A program made the translations under genes and the position numbers. A stretch of DNA of 32,000 nt from Cylindrospermopsis raciborskii Cr2010. Its GTDB lineage: Bacteria > Cyanobacteriota > Cyanobacteriia > Cyanobacteriales > Nostocaceae. Each line of letters begins with the position of its first letter. Positions within the stretch are counted from its first letter, which is position 1. A model generated the notes under the pieces. It was not told the origin of the DNA. It saw nothing but the letters and a program-made list of their open reading frames with translations, and did not search any database. Of this stretch, positions 8,279 through 16,482 are shown piece by piece. The DNA lies in contig NZ_CP065936.1 of NCBI RefSeq assembly GCF_003367075.2, positions 3,120,001-3,152,000 on the forward strand, in the 5' to 3' direction.

Positions 8279-9583
8279 TTATCTTGGTTTAATAATAACT
8301 GCTCTATAGTCCTGTGGCGAAAGATATTTTTGTGCAGCTTTCATTAAGTCATGCTGATTCTGCATTTGGATGTGTTGAGGATAATTAAATGCTGGATCTA
8401 AATCACCCACCAAACATTGATAATAACCATACAATCCAGAGCGATCGCCTGGTGTTTCATTATTGAAAATAAATCTATTTGCGACTCTTGTTTGTATACG
8501 GAGAATCTCTGACTCTTTAACTAATTCCGTTTGCAGTTTCTCCAAATGTTCAACTATACCTGTTTCTACTGCTGCTAAATCTTCCACATTACATTTAGCG
8601 GAAATGGTGAACAGTCCCTGTAGTTTATAATTACTATTACTGACAGAAATTGTAGAAACCAATCCCCTTTCTTCCCGTAAATCCTGTACTAATCTGGAGC
8701 TACGTCCTTGTCCTAATATCCCCGCTAATACATCCAGGGCATAAGTATCTTTTAGTTCGCTCAATCCTGGTACTCGCCATAAAACAATTAGTCTAGCCTC
8801 TTGCAAACCTTCATCGGTAAATTCGTAACGGGTAATTCCCTTAAATGCTGGTTCCTGATTATCTGCAAACTCTGGATAAGCTGGGTGATCTGAAGACCTT
8901 GCCATCTTTTCTTCAAACCCCTCAGCTACAATTTCTATCAGCTGGTCCACTGGTAAGTTACCAACAGCTACAGCGGTTATAGAAGAAGCTTGATACCAGG
9001 TCTGATGAAATTCTCCCATTTGTTGGGGTGTCAACTGAGAAATTATGCTTTCTAAACCCAGTATGGGACGGCGATAGGGCAAAAAATCAAAGGCCGTTTC
9101 CATTAGACGGCGCGAAATTCGCCTTCCTATACTATCCTGTGAACGCCTAATCTCTTCCAAAACCACTAGTCTTTCTGTTTCAAAACCATCTGGGGGAATG
9201 GACGGGTTACAAACTAGATCTATTTGCAGTGGTACTAAATCCTTAAAGTCTTTAGGTGCACTGGTTATATAAAATTGGGTATAGTCCTGACTTGTGGCTG
9301 CATTAGTAATAGCGCCTCGCTCTTCAACACGACGCTCAAACTCACCACTAGCTAAATTTTCTGTCCCCTTAAATATAATATGTTCTAAAAAATGGGCCAT
9401 TCCATTAATGGAATCGGACTCTACAGCAGAACCAACATTTATCCACACATTTAAACTAACTGCTTCAATTGGCATTTGTTCCGCAATGATGGTTAACCCA
9501 TTGCACAGGGAATGTACCCTGGGTTTTTGAAGAGGTGGAGTTTTTGGCAAGGTTAATATCATTTGTGGTGGCAAGGTCTGCAT
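8279..9583 (-). CDS. M16 family (pitrilysin/insulinase-type) zinc metallopeptidase
   Basis: 434-aa ORF with the inverted zinc motif HxxEH (MAHFLEHIIFKGT) near the N-terminus. It has the two-domain M16 length and layout. Confidence 0.9.
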   Translation of the reverse strand: MQTLPPQMILTLPKTPPLQKPRVHSLCNGLTIIAEQMPIEAVSLNVWINVGSAVESDSINGMAHFLEHIIFKGTENLASGEFERRVEERGAITNAATSQDYTQFYITSAPKDFKDLVPLQIDLVCNPSIPPDGFETERLVVLEEIRRSQDSIGRRISRRLMETAFDFLPYRRPILGLESIISQLTPQQMGEFHQTWYQASSITAVAVGNLPVDQLIEIVAEGFEEKMARSSDHPAYPEFADNQEPAFKGITRYEFTDEGLQEARLIVLWRVPGLSELKDTYALDVLAGILGQGRSSRLVQDLREERGLVSTISVSNSNYKLQGLFTISAKCNVEDLAAVETGIVEHLEKLQTELVKESEILRIQTRVANRFIFNNETPGDRSGLYGYYQCLVGDLDPAFNYPQHIQMQNQHDLMKAAQKYLSPQDYRAVIIKPR

Positions 9584-9584
9584 T

Positions 9585-9614
9585 ACTACTCATATCCTAA
9601 CTACTCATATCCTA
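9585..9614. repeat. perfect 2 x 15-bp tandem duplication directly upstream of the M16 peptidase start codon
   Basis: Plus strand ACTACTCATATCCTA occurs at 9585-9599 and again at 9600-9614. On the gene strand this reads TAGGATATGAGTAGT twice, ending 1 nt before the ATG at 9583-9581. Confidence 0.9.
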
Positions 9615-9666
9615 GGTTTATTGAATTGACTTTCCCCCAGGTTAAAAGCCCACTTCTACTATAGCA

Positions 9667-9702
9667 GATAGTTTGGTAATCCTTCAAGATTACCAAACTA
9701 TC
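9667..9702 (-). terminator. 15-bp perfect inverted repeat downstream of the 239-aa ORF (candidate terminator or processing hairpin)
   Basis: GATAGTTTGGTAATC (9667-9681), loop CTTCAA, GATTACCAAACTATC (9688-9702). It begins 12 nt after the stop of the 9715-10434 gene. The stem is AT-rich and no U-tract follows. Confidence 0.4.
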
Positions 9703-9714
9703 ACTCAATTAGGC

Positions 9715-10434
9715 TCACACCGGAAGCGCTGATGGAAAAACGGAAACATTAGCCGTCGCATCAGTAAAGTTTAGGAACTTTTCAATTAGTAGTTGCTCAA
9801 ATATATTGAATGAGTCGTGCCAATTTGCTACTATTTGTTGCAAGTCCTGTATTTTCTGTGAGGGACTATTTCCCAAGAGGGGATAGTTAAAGTTACCAGA
9901 AAATAAGATTGCCCCTACCACTTTATCAGGAAATTGAACTGTTGCTTGGTTAATACTCAAGTTCAAAACTCCCCTTTCTAAAGGATAACTTAACTGTAGA
10001 CTTGCTCCCACTCTCTTCCCTCCAAATTCTTGCCATGGACCTGGTGCCAATAGCCTGCTATGGATGTATTTATAGGCATCTGCTTCAGAATTGAAAAGAA
10101 CAAATCCCCTCGGATTGATACCAACCTGTTTATACTCTACTTGAGAGAGTTTTTCTACTAGTTTATGAGTAATATTTGATACTTCAATTTCCTCTTGAGG
10201 TTTTTGCGATAGGTTTTCAACCATAGTCACACCATTGGGATGGACAAAAATGCCCAATCCTGTATTAAACAAAATTTGTAACACTCCATTGTTGTAAACC
10301 GGTTGTTTGGCTAACTCCCATTCGCTAGGAATGATACCAGTGTATTTTAAAAAGTCAGGATTAACTACTGCGGGATTCAAGTCCTTGGCATTAATAGAGA
10401 TTGCCAATTCCTGAAGTTGTAAATTTGCACTCAT
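9715..10434 (-). CDS. hypothetical protein (239 aa, no recognised domain)
   Basis: Long uninterrupted ORF with an ATG start and a non-repetitive, globular-looking composition. I recognise no catalytic or binding motif. Confidence 0.6.
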   Translation of the reverse strand: MSANLQLQELAISINAKDLNPAVVNPDFLKYTGIIPSEWELAKQPVYNNGVLQILFNTGLGIFVHPNGVTMVENLSQKPQEEIEVSNITHKLVEKLSQVEYKQVGINPRGFVLFNSEADAYKYIHSRLLAPGPWQEFGGKRVGASLQLSYPLERGVLNLSINQATVQFPDKVVGAILFSGNFNYPLLGNSPSQKIQDLQQIVANWHDSFNIFEQLLIEKFLNFTDATANVSVFPSALPV

Positions 10435-10647
10435 CGTTGTTATTGCCTATTGTTATTAATCCAGCAATACTGGATCTCAAATAGTTATTTTACATACAAT
10501 TACTTTCTCATTTCTATAAATTTCTATGTCTTCCAATTTAATTTTATAGCCTATTTGTTGATGGCTATTGCTCCCGGGATAAACGGTGCCCTGGAAGTGG
10601 GTAAGGCTATACAATTATGAGTGATAGTATTAAGAATTGTAAATTAA

Positions 10648-12177
10648 ATGTCCAGTTCATCTCTAAACATCAAGCAGTCTCGTGTTATTGTTGTTGGTGG
10701 GGGAATAGGTGGCCTTACCGCAGCAGCTCTATTAGCACGTAGAGGTTATCAGGTTTTAATTGTGGATCAAGCTTTGGTTCCTGGTGGTTGTGCTTCAACT
10801 TTTAAACGTCAGGGATTTATTTTTGATGTGGGTGCAACTCAGGTTGCAGGTCTGGAACCCGGAGGAATTCATTACCGGATTTTTCAGGAACTAGATATAG
10901 ATCTACCCCCAGCTACACCCTGCGATCCCGCTTGTGCGGTTTTTCTTCCAGGAGAAACAACTCCAATCAATGTGTGGCGCGATCCGCAAAAATGGCAACA
11001 GGAACGTCAACAGCAATTCCCTGGAAGTGAACCCTTTTGGCAATTATTAGCTACTTTATTCCGTGCTAGCTGGGAATTTCAGGGAAGAGACCCTATTTTA
11101 CCACCGGGTAATTTGTGGGATCTCTTACAGTTGATTAAAGCTGTGACTCCCAGCACCTTTATTACTGCTCCGTTTACTTTTATGAATGTGGGTGATGCTC
11201 TCAGATTATATGGTTTAGACCATGATATAAGACTGAGAACGTTCTTAGACTTACAACTTAAATTATATTCCCAGGTTAGCGCCCAAGAAACAGCTCTCCT
11301 TTACGCTGCTACCGCTTTAAGTATATCCCAACTTCCTCAAGGACTATATCATTTACAAGGTAGTATGCAAGTGCTGAGCGATCGCCTGGTGAAATCTTTA
11401 GAAAAAAATGGCGGTCAATTACTAATGCGTCATACGGTAGAAGGGATTAATGTGGAGGATGGCAAAGCTCAAGGTGTAACAATCCGCAATCAAAGGACTG
11501 GACAAGTATTTACAGAGACAGCAGATCACGTGATTGCTAATGTCACAGTGCAGAATCTCATGGAACTACTGGGAGAAAAAGTCCCCTCTGGATACAAGAC
11601 AAGAATTGAAAAACTCCCCCCTGCTTCCGGTGCATTTGTGGTATATTTGGGGGTGGAACAAAGTGCTATCCCCCAAAATTGTCCACCCCACTTACAATTT
11701 ATGTATGATATTAATGGACCAGTAGGAGAAAACAACTCCTTATTTGTTTCTGTCAGTCATGAGGGGGATGGTCGGGCACCTGCGGGAAAAGCAACAATTA
11801 TAGCTTCATCCTTTGTGGATTTCGCTCCCTGGTGGAATAGTGACAATTATCCACAATTAAAGGCAAAATTTACTCAAGAGGCTATTTCTCGACTCGCTGA
11901 ATATTTTGATTTGAACCCAGAAACAATTATTCTCGTCGAAGCTGCTACACCTAAAACCTTTGCTGACTACACAGCTAGACACAAAGGAATCGTGGGTGGT
12001 ATTGGTCAAAGAATTTCTACTTTTGGCCCTTTTGGTTTTGCCAATCGTACACCCGTTAGGAACTTGTGGTTAGTTGGTGATTCTACCCATCCAGGGGAAG
12101 GTACTGCTGGGGTGAGTTACTCAGCTCTCACAGTAGTTAGACAAATTGATGACCTACAAAGAAGGTTGTCCCGGTGA
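10648..12177 (+). CDS. crtD: phytoene-desaturase-family FAD-dependent oxidoreductase, CrtD (C-3',4' desaturase)/CrtISO-like
   Basis: 509-aa ORF with an N-terminal Rossmann dinucleotide-binding motif VIVVGGGIGGLTAAALLARRG. It is followed by VPGGCASTFKRQGFIFDVGATQVAGLEPGG, typical of the cyanobacterial CrtD/carotenoid isomerase clade. A C-terminal GDSTHPGEG motif is present. The gene symbol is tentative. Confidence 0.75.
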   Translation: MSSSSLNIKQSRVIVVGGGIGGLTAAALLARRGYQVLIVDQALVPGGCASTFKRQGFIFDVGATQVAGLEPGGIHYRIFQELDIDLPPATPCDPACAVFLPGETTPINVWRDPQKWQQERQQQFPGSEPFWQLLATLFRASWEFQGRDPILPPGNLWDLLQLIKAVTPSTFITAPFTFMNVGDALRLYGLDHDIRLRTFLDLQLKLYSQVSAQETALLYAATALSISQLPQGLYHLQGSMQVLSDRLVKSLEKNGGQLLMRHTVEGINVEDGKAQGVTIRNQRTGQVFTETADHVIANVTVQNLMELLGEKVPSGYKTRIEKLPPASGAFVVYLGVEQSAIPQNCPPHLQFMYDINGPVGENNSLFVSVSHEGDGRAPAGKATIIASSFVDFAPWWNSDNYPQLKAKFTQEAISRLAEYFDLNPETIILVEAATPKTFADYTARHKGIVGGIGQRISTFGPFGFANRTPVRNLWLVGDSTHPGEGTAGVSYSALTVVRQIDDLQRRLSR

Positions 12178-14223
12178 TAGCAGTGGGGTTGTGGGCACTA
12201 CTTCTGGAACCAGTTGTTCTTTCCAAGTTCTAATTTGTAGTTGGGCATCCGCATAAGCAGAACTACTACGAGGGACTAATCTGGCAGTTTCAATACTCCT
12301 GACCAGGTCAACTTGACTTTGGGAACGAGCAATCTCTAATATTTGCTCACCCCACCGATCAATGGCAACGTTGATATCCATGCGTAAAACATTACGCCGA
12401 GAAACCCGATTGGCTAACCGTATGGCCTGGGACAGGGCGTCCGCTGTGCCTATACTAGCCAGTTCTCGCGCTTTTCTCCAATTTTCTCTGGCACGTATTT
12501 GCTCTTGCCATGTATCAATTACTGCCTGTGCTTCTCCTGCTAATGCTCTCCCGGATATGGCAATTTTTCTCGCCTCCTGTACAGCACTATTCAAGTCCCC
12601 ACTTTCGGCTAACACTATAGCCCTATCTAAATAGGGTTGGTCTTCAATACGCTGAATGCTGGCATTCCAGGAGCGGATTCTCCTTCGTGCTTTTGAGTAT
12701 AGGGCTCGACCTGAAGAAATCTGACTGGCTTCGGCGATCGCATTTTGTAAAGAGTTAATATCTCCGGCATTAGCAATTTGTTCTGCTCGGTCTAAATAAG
12801 GTTTGTCTTGAATGGTTTCTATTTGGTCATTCCAACGATTAATTTGGGTTTGAGCTTCTTGGGCGCGAGGGTTTTGAGATGGAACTTGTTGGGCTTGAGA
12901 TATGGCAGATCTTAAATCCTCAATGGTACCCCCACTAGCTAGATCCCGAGCTTGTTCTAACTTAGTTATATCCTCAATTTCTAATTGCCAAAGAGAAATA
13001 AGTTCTTGAGCTCGACCATATATCCCCCGGGAAGGATCTAGTTGTTGGGCTTGAGAAATGGCATTCTCCAAGCCTAAAATGGTTCCTAACCAGGCATTTC
13101 GTTGGGCCTCTCCCAAATCTATAAAATCATCAATTTCCGACTGTAAGGAGGGAATAGGAGGGATTTTTCCGGCAATTTCCAAACCCCGATCTGCATCTCT
13201 TCTCTCCATTTGAGCTTGTGCTAGTTTCAGAATTTTTCGCCCAAATTGAGGAACTAATTCCTGAGCCTTCTTGTACAAGAAGCTTTCTGGTTTAACCGAT
13301 TTTACTAACTTAATAGCTGCTAAAATATCATTAACAGAATTACGATCAGCTAATGAATCAGCTTTATCTAGTTTGTCACCATCTTCCCGCGCAGTTACAA
13401 TAATTTGATTTAACTGGTCGTATTTCGTGGTCGACCAGAATCTATTATTAATGCGCAGTAATTTGGATGATAGCATAAAAGCTGATTGCCAACGCCTGTT
13501 TTCTAGTTCTCCAATGGAGGATTGGTAGATTTCCTCAGCGGTTGACCAGGTAGATTGCCATTTGAGAATTTTCTCCTCCACAAACTGACGATCTTCCAAA
13601 TTTTCTGGAATTTGTTTAGCAGTAGCTATTGCTTCCTCCAAATTTCCTACTTGGAAGCTCTTCTCCGCCAAATTTATAATGTCCCGCGACCACTCCTGCA
13701 ATAGATCATTAATTTGTCCTCGCAAAGGATGATCTTGTGGTAAATCCTTCACTAGGGCTATAGCTTGTAATAAGTCACTAACCGTCTGCTTGGAAGCAGC
13801 CAGGGTAGCACAGTGGACACGCATAGAAGCACTGGCTAAAGGCCAGAATATTCTAGGACAGTTGGGAGCGGAGGGTAGTTTAAGTAAGATTGATACTGAT
13901 ATAATACCCATGCTGCTGGGAATAAACGCTAGGACGAAAAACCACCATATCCAGCTTTTCTTCCACATTGCTAATTCCCATATCTTACCGGATAAAACAA
14001 AGTCAACAGGTCTATACCAATTGTTTTCTTTACCTTTTTCGTGTAAGCCATTGTTATTTTGTTGCTGCATTAATGAGCCAAAACTGCGATCGCTATCCTG
14101 AATAGCGTTCCCACCGGATGATTGATTGACCTGGACTTCTGAATCTGGGGACAATCTTGGATTTTGCTCTGGTTTTGTGGTCTCAACCGGAGAAAAACCT
14201 CCTGAAATATCCTGATCTGTCAT
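12154..14223 (-). CDS. membrane-anchored protein with about 9-10 degenerate ~50-aa helical repeats, unknown function
   Basis: 689-aa ORF. It has a polar, low-complexity N-terminus and one TM helix (aa ~91-114, WIWWFFVLAFIPSSMGIISVSILL). Reiterated units then follow, of the form L..AI..A..I......A...I..W...I (for example LRSAISQAQQVPSQNPRAQEAQTQINRWNDQIETIQDKPYLDRAEQIANAGDINS and LQNAIAEASQISSGRALYSKARRRIRSWNASIQRIEDQPYLDRAIVLAESGDLNS). Confidence 0.75.
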   Translation of the reverse strand: MTDQDISGGFSPVETTKPEQNPRLSPDSEVQVNQSSGGNAIQDSDRSFGSLMQQQNNNGLHEKGKENNWYRPVDFVLSGKIWELAMWKKSWIWWFFVLAFIPSSMGIISVSILLKLPSAPNCPRIFWPLASASMRVHCATLAASKQTVSDLLQAIALVKDLPQDHPLRGQINDLLQEWSRDIINLAEKSFQVGNLEEAIATAKQIPENLEDRQFVEEKILKWQSTWSTAEEIYQSSIGELENRRWQSAFMLSSKLLRINNRFWSTTKYDQLNQIIVTAREDGDKLDKADSLADRNSVNDILAAIKLVKSVKPESFLYKKAQELVPQFGRKILKLAQAQMERRDADRGLEIAGKIPPIPSLQSEIDDFIDLGEAQRNAWLGTILGLENAISQAQQLDPSRGIYGRAQELISLWQLEIEDITKLEQARDLASGGTIEDLRSAISQAQQVPSQNPRAQEAQTQINRWNDQIETIQDKPYLDRAEQIANAGDINSLQNAIAEASQISSGRALYSKARRRIRSWNASIQRIEDQPYLDRAIVLAESGDLNSAVQEARKIAISGRALAGEAQAVIDTWQEQIRARENWRKARELASIGTADALSQAIRLANRVSRRNVLRMDINVAIDRWGEQILEIARSQSQVDLVRSIETARLVPRSSSAYADAQLQIRTWKEQLVPEVVPTTPLLSPGQPSL

Positions 14224-14409
14224 CTCTCACACCACACTAAATTGATTAACAGTCCATTCTGACAAATTTATCCTATCAACTCCAGAAGGTAGTGCAGGTG
14301 CGGTCCACTCTATAGACTGACACCCACTCCGATCTGTAAAACCTATCCAAAAATATATACCTCAGGGAATATGCTTAATTTTAGTATTATTTTACCATAT
14401 TAGAATAAT

Positions 14410-15306
14410 TTAACCTTTAACATTTTGTAAATCCACAATTAGTTGGGCCAGATTATCACTGCTTGCTTGATAAACACTACCACAAAAATCGCAGGTAGCT
14501 TCAGCTCCGTTGTCCTTGAGAATCATATCTTGTAATTCGGACTCTCCCAACATTTTTAACGCTCCTAGCACGCGCTCAAAGGAACAACCACAATGAAAGT
14601 GTAGAAGTTGAGTTTCAGGAAAAATTGTCAGTTCCATATCCCCCAATAAATCCTCAAAAATGTCGGTTAAGCTTTTACCTGCTTGTAATAATGGTGTAAA
14701 TCCAGATAATGTGGACACTCTCGATTCCAGTGTTTCCACGAGAGCTTCGTCTCTGGCAACTTTTGGCAGAACTTGAATTAAAATTCCTCCAGCTGCAGTT
14801 ACACCACCCGAACCAACAAACACACCTAATACTAAAGCGGAAGGGGTTTGCTCAGAGTTAACTAGGTAATGGGTGACATCATCCCCAATTTCTCCGGACA
14901 CCAGTTCTACCGTACTAGAATAGGGATAGCCATAACCAATATCTTTAACTACATACAAATACCCTTTTCCTACAGCACCTCCCACGTCCAGTTTACCCTT
15001 GCTGTTGGGTGGTAGTTCTATGGATGGGTTGCCCACATAACCCCTGACTGTACCATCTAGTCCAGCATCTACTAATATACCCCCTAATGGTCCATCTCCC
15101 TTCACCCGCAGGTTAATTCTCGCACCAGAGCGTTTCATCCCTGAAGCCATTAACAAACCTGCTGACATAGTTCTTCCCAGAGCTGCTGTGGCTACATAGG
15201 AAAGTTTATGGCGCACTCTTGCCTCTTCGGCTAACTTTGTGGTGATTACACCCACCGCTCGAATGCCACCATTTGCTGCTGTGGCCCGCATTAGTTTGTC
15301 CGCCAT
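14410..15306 (-). CDS. hslO: Hsp33 family redox-regulated molecular chaperone
   Basis: MADKLMRATAANGGIRAVGV is a typical Hsp33 N-terminus. The C-terminal zinc centre is CGCS...CDFCG. The ORF track extends to a GTG at 15312 (MFMADK). I prefer the ATG at 15306. Confidence 0.9.
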   Translation of the reverse strand: MADKLMRATAANGGIRAVGVITTKLAEEARVRHKLSYVATAALGRTMSAGLLMASGMKRSGARINLRVKGDGPLGGILVDAGLDGTVRGYVGNPSIELPPNSKGKLDVGGAVGKGYLYVVKDIGYGYPYSSTVELVSGEIGDDVTHYLVNSEQTPSALVLGVFVGSGGVTAAGGILIQVLPKVARDEALVETLESRVSTLSGFTPLLQAGKSLTDIFEDLLGDMELTIFPETQLLHFHCGCSFERVLGALKMLGESELQDMILKDNGAEATCDFCGSVYQASSDNLAQLIVDLQNVKG

Positions 15307-15441
15307 AAACACCTTTACTATTCACAAAAAACTGCTCAGTGTGACCACTTGGCTTTAAACACCGGAGAAAATTCTCTCCTATAATCATTATATAGTTAGT
15401 GCTGACTCTCCTCTAAAAATTGGGCTACAAGCTGTCGATTC

Positions 15442-15450
15442 TGGTATAAT
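15442..15450 (+). promoter_or_regulatory. extended -10 element TGGTATAAT, candidate promoter for the 126-aa ORF
   Basis: TGnTATAAT match on the + strand about 80 nt upstream of the ATG at 15530, in the divergent hslO intergenic region. There is no good -35. Confidence 0.3.
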
Positions 15451-15529
15451 CCTAGCCACCCACAAGATTCCCAAATGCTCATTTTTAGGTCCATACCGTT
15501 TTTACTAAAACTATAAAATAACAACTATT

Positions 15530-15910
15530 ATGTTAGGAACTTTTCAACAAAGCCAATTGCGCATAGAAATAGAAGCATCCTCCCAAGCTATTCATGATAG
15601 TCTTGTGTTTCCTTCACAATTACGTGAATGGCTACCATTTGCAGGCCTTCCCCCATCCATGCCAGAAAAATTGACCCCCGGTTTTGATTTCACTACTTCT
15701 ATAGGATACGTAACTACATATCATCATGTGGATGTTTTGAAGGTTAATTGTTTGCGCCTACTTCTTAGTGGCGCTATTGATGGTTTTCATGAGTGGTATT
15801 GGGGAGAAGGTTGGCTACAGTCCCGACTAGAGGGTGTGTCACTCTTACCCTTGAATTTGGGTCAAACTCTCAGTTTGTTGAGACTACGTCATTTTTTGAC
15901 CCTTCCCTAG
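15530..15910 (+). CDS. hypothetical protein (126 aa)
   Basis: ORF with an ATG start in an otherwise empty interval. No recognised motif. Its stop codon directly abuts the stop of the convergent usp gene. Confidence 0.5.
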   Translation: MLGTFQQSQLRIEIEASSQAIHDSLVFPSQLREWLPFAGLPPSMPEKLTPGFDFTTSIGYVTTYHHVDVLKVNCLRLLLSGAIDGFHEWYWGEGWLQSRLEGVSLLPLNLGQTLSLLRLRHFLTLP

Positions 15911-16336
15911 TTACCTGTGTAACTTAACTACCAATACGGAACAATGCGCTTCTTCCATTACTTGTGTACTGACGGAGCGCAAAACGATTTTTTTCATGCC
16001 TGTCAATCCACGGTTCCCAATCACCACTAGATCGGCTTTATAAATATTTGCTAGTCTGATTATTTCATCCGCAGGATCCCCTGATACTAGTTCTAGTTGG
16101 CTTTTTACCGCCAATTTTTCTTGGTAGGTTTGCAATTGCTTTTCTACCTGAAAATAAGACAATTTGGGTGAGTCTGGATGAGGACGATCAGCTGGCAATT
16201 CCGTGGCATCCGATGATGGAAATACGTGACAAAGAATCACCTGCGCATTCTGGGAAAGCATAAGACTCCCTAATGTCTCTATCACTCTTTCCGCAATTTC
16301 GGAATCATCTAAAGCCACTAAAATAGTATTTAACAC
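15911..16336 (-). CDS. universal stress protein (UspA family)
   Basis: 141-aa ORF. The N-terminus ILVALDDSE and the C-terminal nucleotide-binding-type block LVVIGNRGLTGMKKIVLRSVSTQVMEEAHCSVLVV are typical of the Usp fold. Confidence 0.85.
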   Translation of the reverse strand: MLNTILVALDDSEIAERVIETLGSLMLSQNAQVILCHVFPSSDATELPADRPHPDSPKLSYFQVEKQLQTYQEKLAVKSQLELVSGDPADEIIRLANIYKADLVVIGNRGLTGMKKIVLRSVSTQVMEEAHCSVLVVKLHR

Positions 16337-16421
16337 CGCTTTTACTTCCTTAACTCAAAATCACCCTAGTTTTTTTAGTTTACTCTGTTCCACCTCATTT
16401 CTAATTAATCCTGATGAAGGA

Positions 16422-16450
16422 ATTCCCCCGCAGTTGTAATCTGGGGGAAT
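16422..16450 (-). terminator. GC-rich hairpin downstream of hisD (candidate terminator)
   Basis: ATTCCCCC (16422-16429) pairs with GGGGGAAT (16443-16450) across a 13-nt loop, 32 nt after the hisD stop. The trailing sequence on the gene strand is only moderately U-rich. Confidence 0.3.
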
Positions 16451-16482
16451 ATGGTCAGGAATGAGAAAGTCTATTTATGCTT

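Noticed and set aside
8279-10434. I considered whether the M16 peptidase plus the 239-aa orphan form a novel two-gene module, such as a peptide-maturation or defence pair.
   Set aside because: There is no precursor-peptide-like ORF, no transporter or nuclease partner, and a strong hairpin separates the two genes. M16 peptidases are common housekeeping proteins in cyanobacteria. No evidence beyond adjacency.
15307-15312. GTG at 15312 would extend hslO by two codons (MFMADK).
   Set aside because: Hsp33 proteins typically begin MAD.L.RA, so the ATG at 15306 is the more plausible start. The difference is trivial.
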